The position numbers and the translations under genes were made by a program. A stretch of 63,227 nt of DNA, filler included, from Octopus bimaculoides (taxonomy: Eukaryota), in assembly GCF_001194135.2 (NCBI RefSeq). It is 8 parts of 7 records of this genome, joined end to end, with 100 filler letters (N's around TTAATTAATTAA, not from the genome) between each part and the next. Parts side by side here need not be neighbours in the genome. Positions count along the whole stretch, not along the records: positions 62,180 to 63,227 come from NW_026321922.1; 7 more parts are not named here. One strand, given 5' to 3'. This document shows, piece by piece, positions 62,501-63,227 of the stretch (its first letter is position 1; each line of letters starts with the position of its first letter). A model generated the notes under the pieces. The model made no database searches, was not told the origin of the DNA, and saw only the letters and a list, made by a program, of their open reading frames with translations.

Positions 62501-63227
62501 ATTTTCCAACATTTCCTTGTCGTCATAATTTTTCTGTTTTCTTTCCCACTTTCCCCATTGGGTTTTTGATGTCTATTTGGCATCTACGGTTAACGCTGTG
62601 TTATCCCGGTCTCGGTTAATATATATTTGCAAGTCTCTATTATAAATCGAAGTGAAATACCACTCGACACAAGAAGAGAGCAGCGTTGCAATATAATCTA
62701 TCTGCCTCCGTCGGACGGTTCATTCTGTTTTCCGCCATCATGCTTGTTTCTCTTATTTCCTTACGACTTCTGTCTCCATTACTGTTGCTCGTTTCAGTGC
62801 TGTCACTGATATTACTGCTGCTGTTAATGCTTATGAATGAGTGCAACCTATTTTAACTTATTTATTGAAGTTATTGTTGTTCTTGTTTTTAAAATGGTTC
62901 ATATTTATTTATTTCTTTTTAGCGTCTGATATTTTTGTTTTGTTTGTTTGTTTTGCTCTTTCTTTTTGACAAACGTCTGCAATCAGCCATTTTTTTCGTT
63001 TCGTTACGAATTTGGTAGGAAAATGACAATGTCTACACTCTGACAATCTGCTCAGCTTACTTTGATTCTCAGCAACGCTTTAATAACGATTCCCTTCCTT
63101 TTATCTAGAGAAAGAAAGAAAGAAAGTAAAACAGAAGAAAAAAACTGAAAAAAAAAAACGAAGAAAAAATACAATAAAAAAATATAAATAGAGAAACGTA
63201 AAACGTTAAAGAAAGACGAAATAAATA

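Noticed and set aside
62640-62846. 68-aa minus-strand ORF (SNISDSTETSNSNGDRSRKE...)
   Set aside because: No usable acceptor, a Ser/Asn-rich start, and no recognisable homology.

Overview
AT-rich, repeat-saturated animal genomic DNA. The repeat landscape (extreme microsatellite density, tRNA-derived SINEs, RTE and L1/Tx1-type LINE debris) looks like an octopus genome; this is inferred from pattern recognition, not from a search. No intact host protein-coding gene can be supported. Nearly all ORFs in the supplied track are microsatellite or N-gap read-through. The window is a join of 8 sequence blocks separated by 7 identical artificial 100-bp spacers (44 N + TTAATTAATTAA + 44 N), so adjacency across those spacers is not established. 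Recognisable content: dozens of SINE copies from at least five families (several nested, with visible target-site duplications), three RTE reverse-transcriptase fragments, a decayed R4/Dong-type LINE with its restriction-like endonuclease region, an L1/Tx1-like 3' end, mariner-, pogo- and piggyBac-type MITEs, and a Helentron/DINE-1-like element. The most notable signal is a structurally complete minimal type I hammerhead ribozyme motif at 43573-43626 (+), with a GUC cleavage triplet and the palindromic stem III typical of Penelope-associated hammerheads. A second hammerhead-like module sits inside a tRNA-headed SINE (34318-34360, -), and there are two more decayed ones. Also notable: a 45-bp-stem palindrome, a ~90-bp fold-back, a short Pol III-like unit ending in a hairpin plus T7, and block-wise CpG depletion suggesting that two blocks are methylated introns containing a few weak candidate exons.
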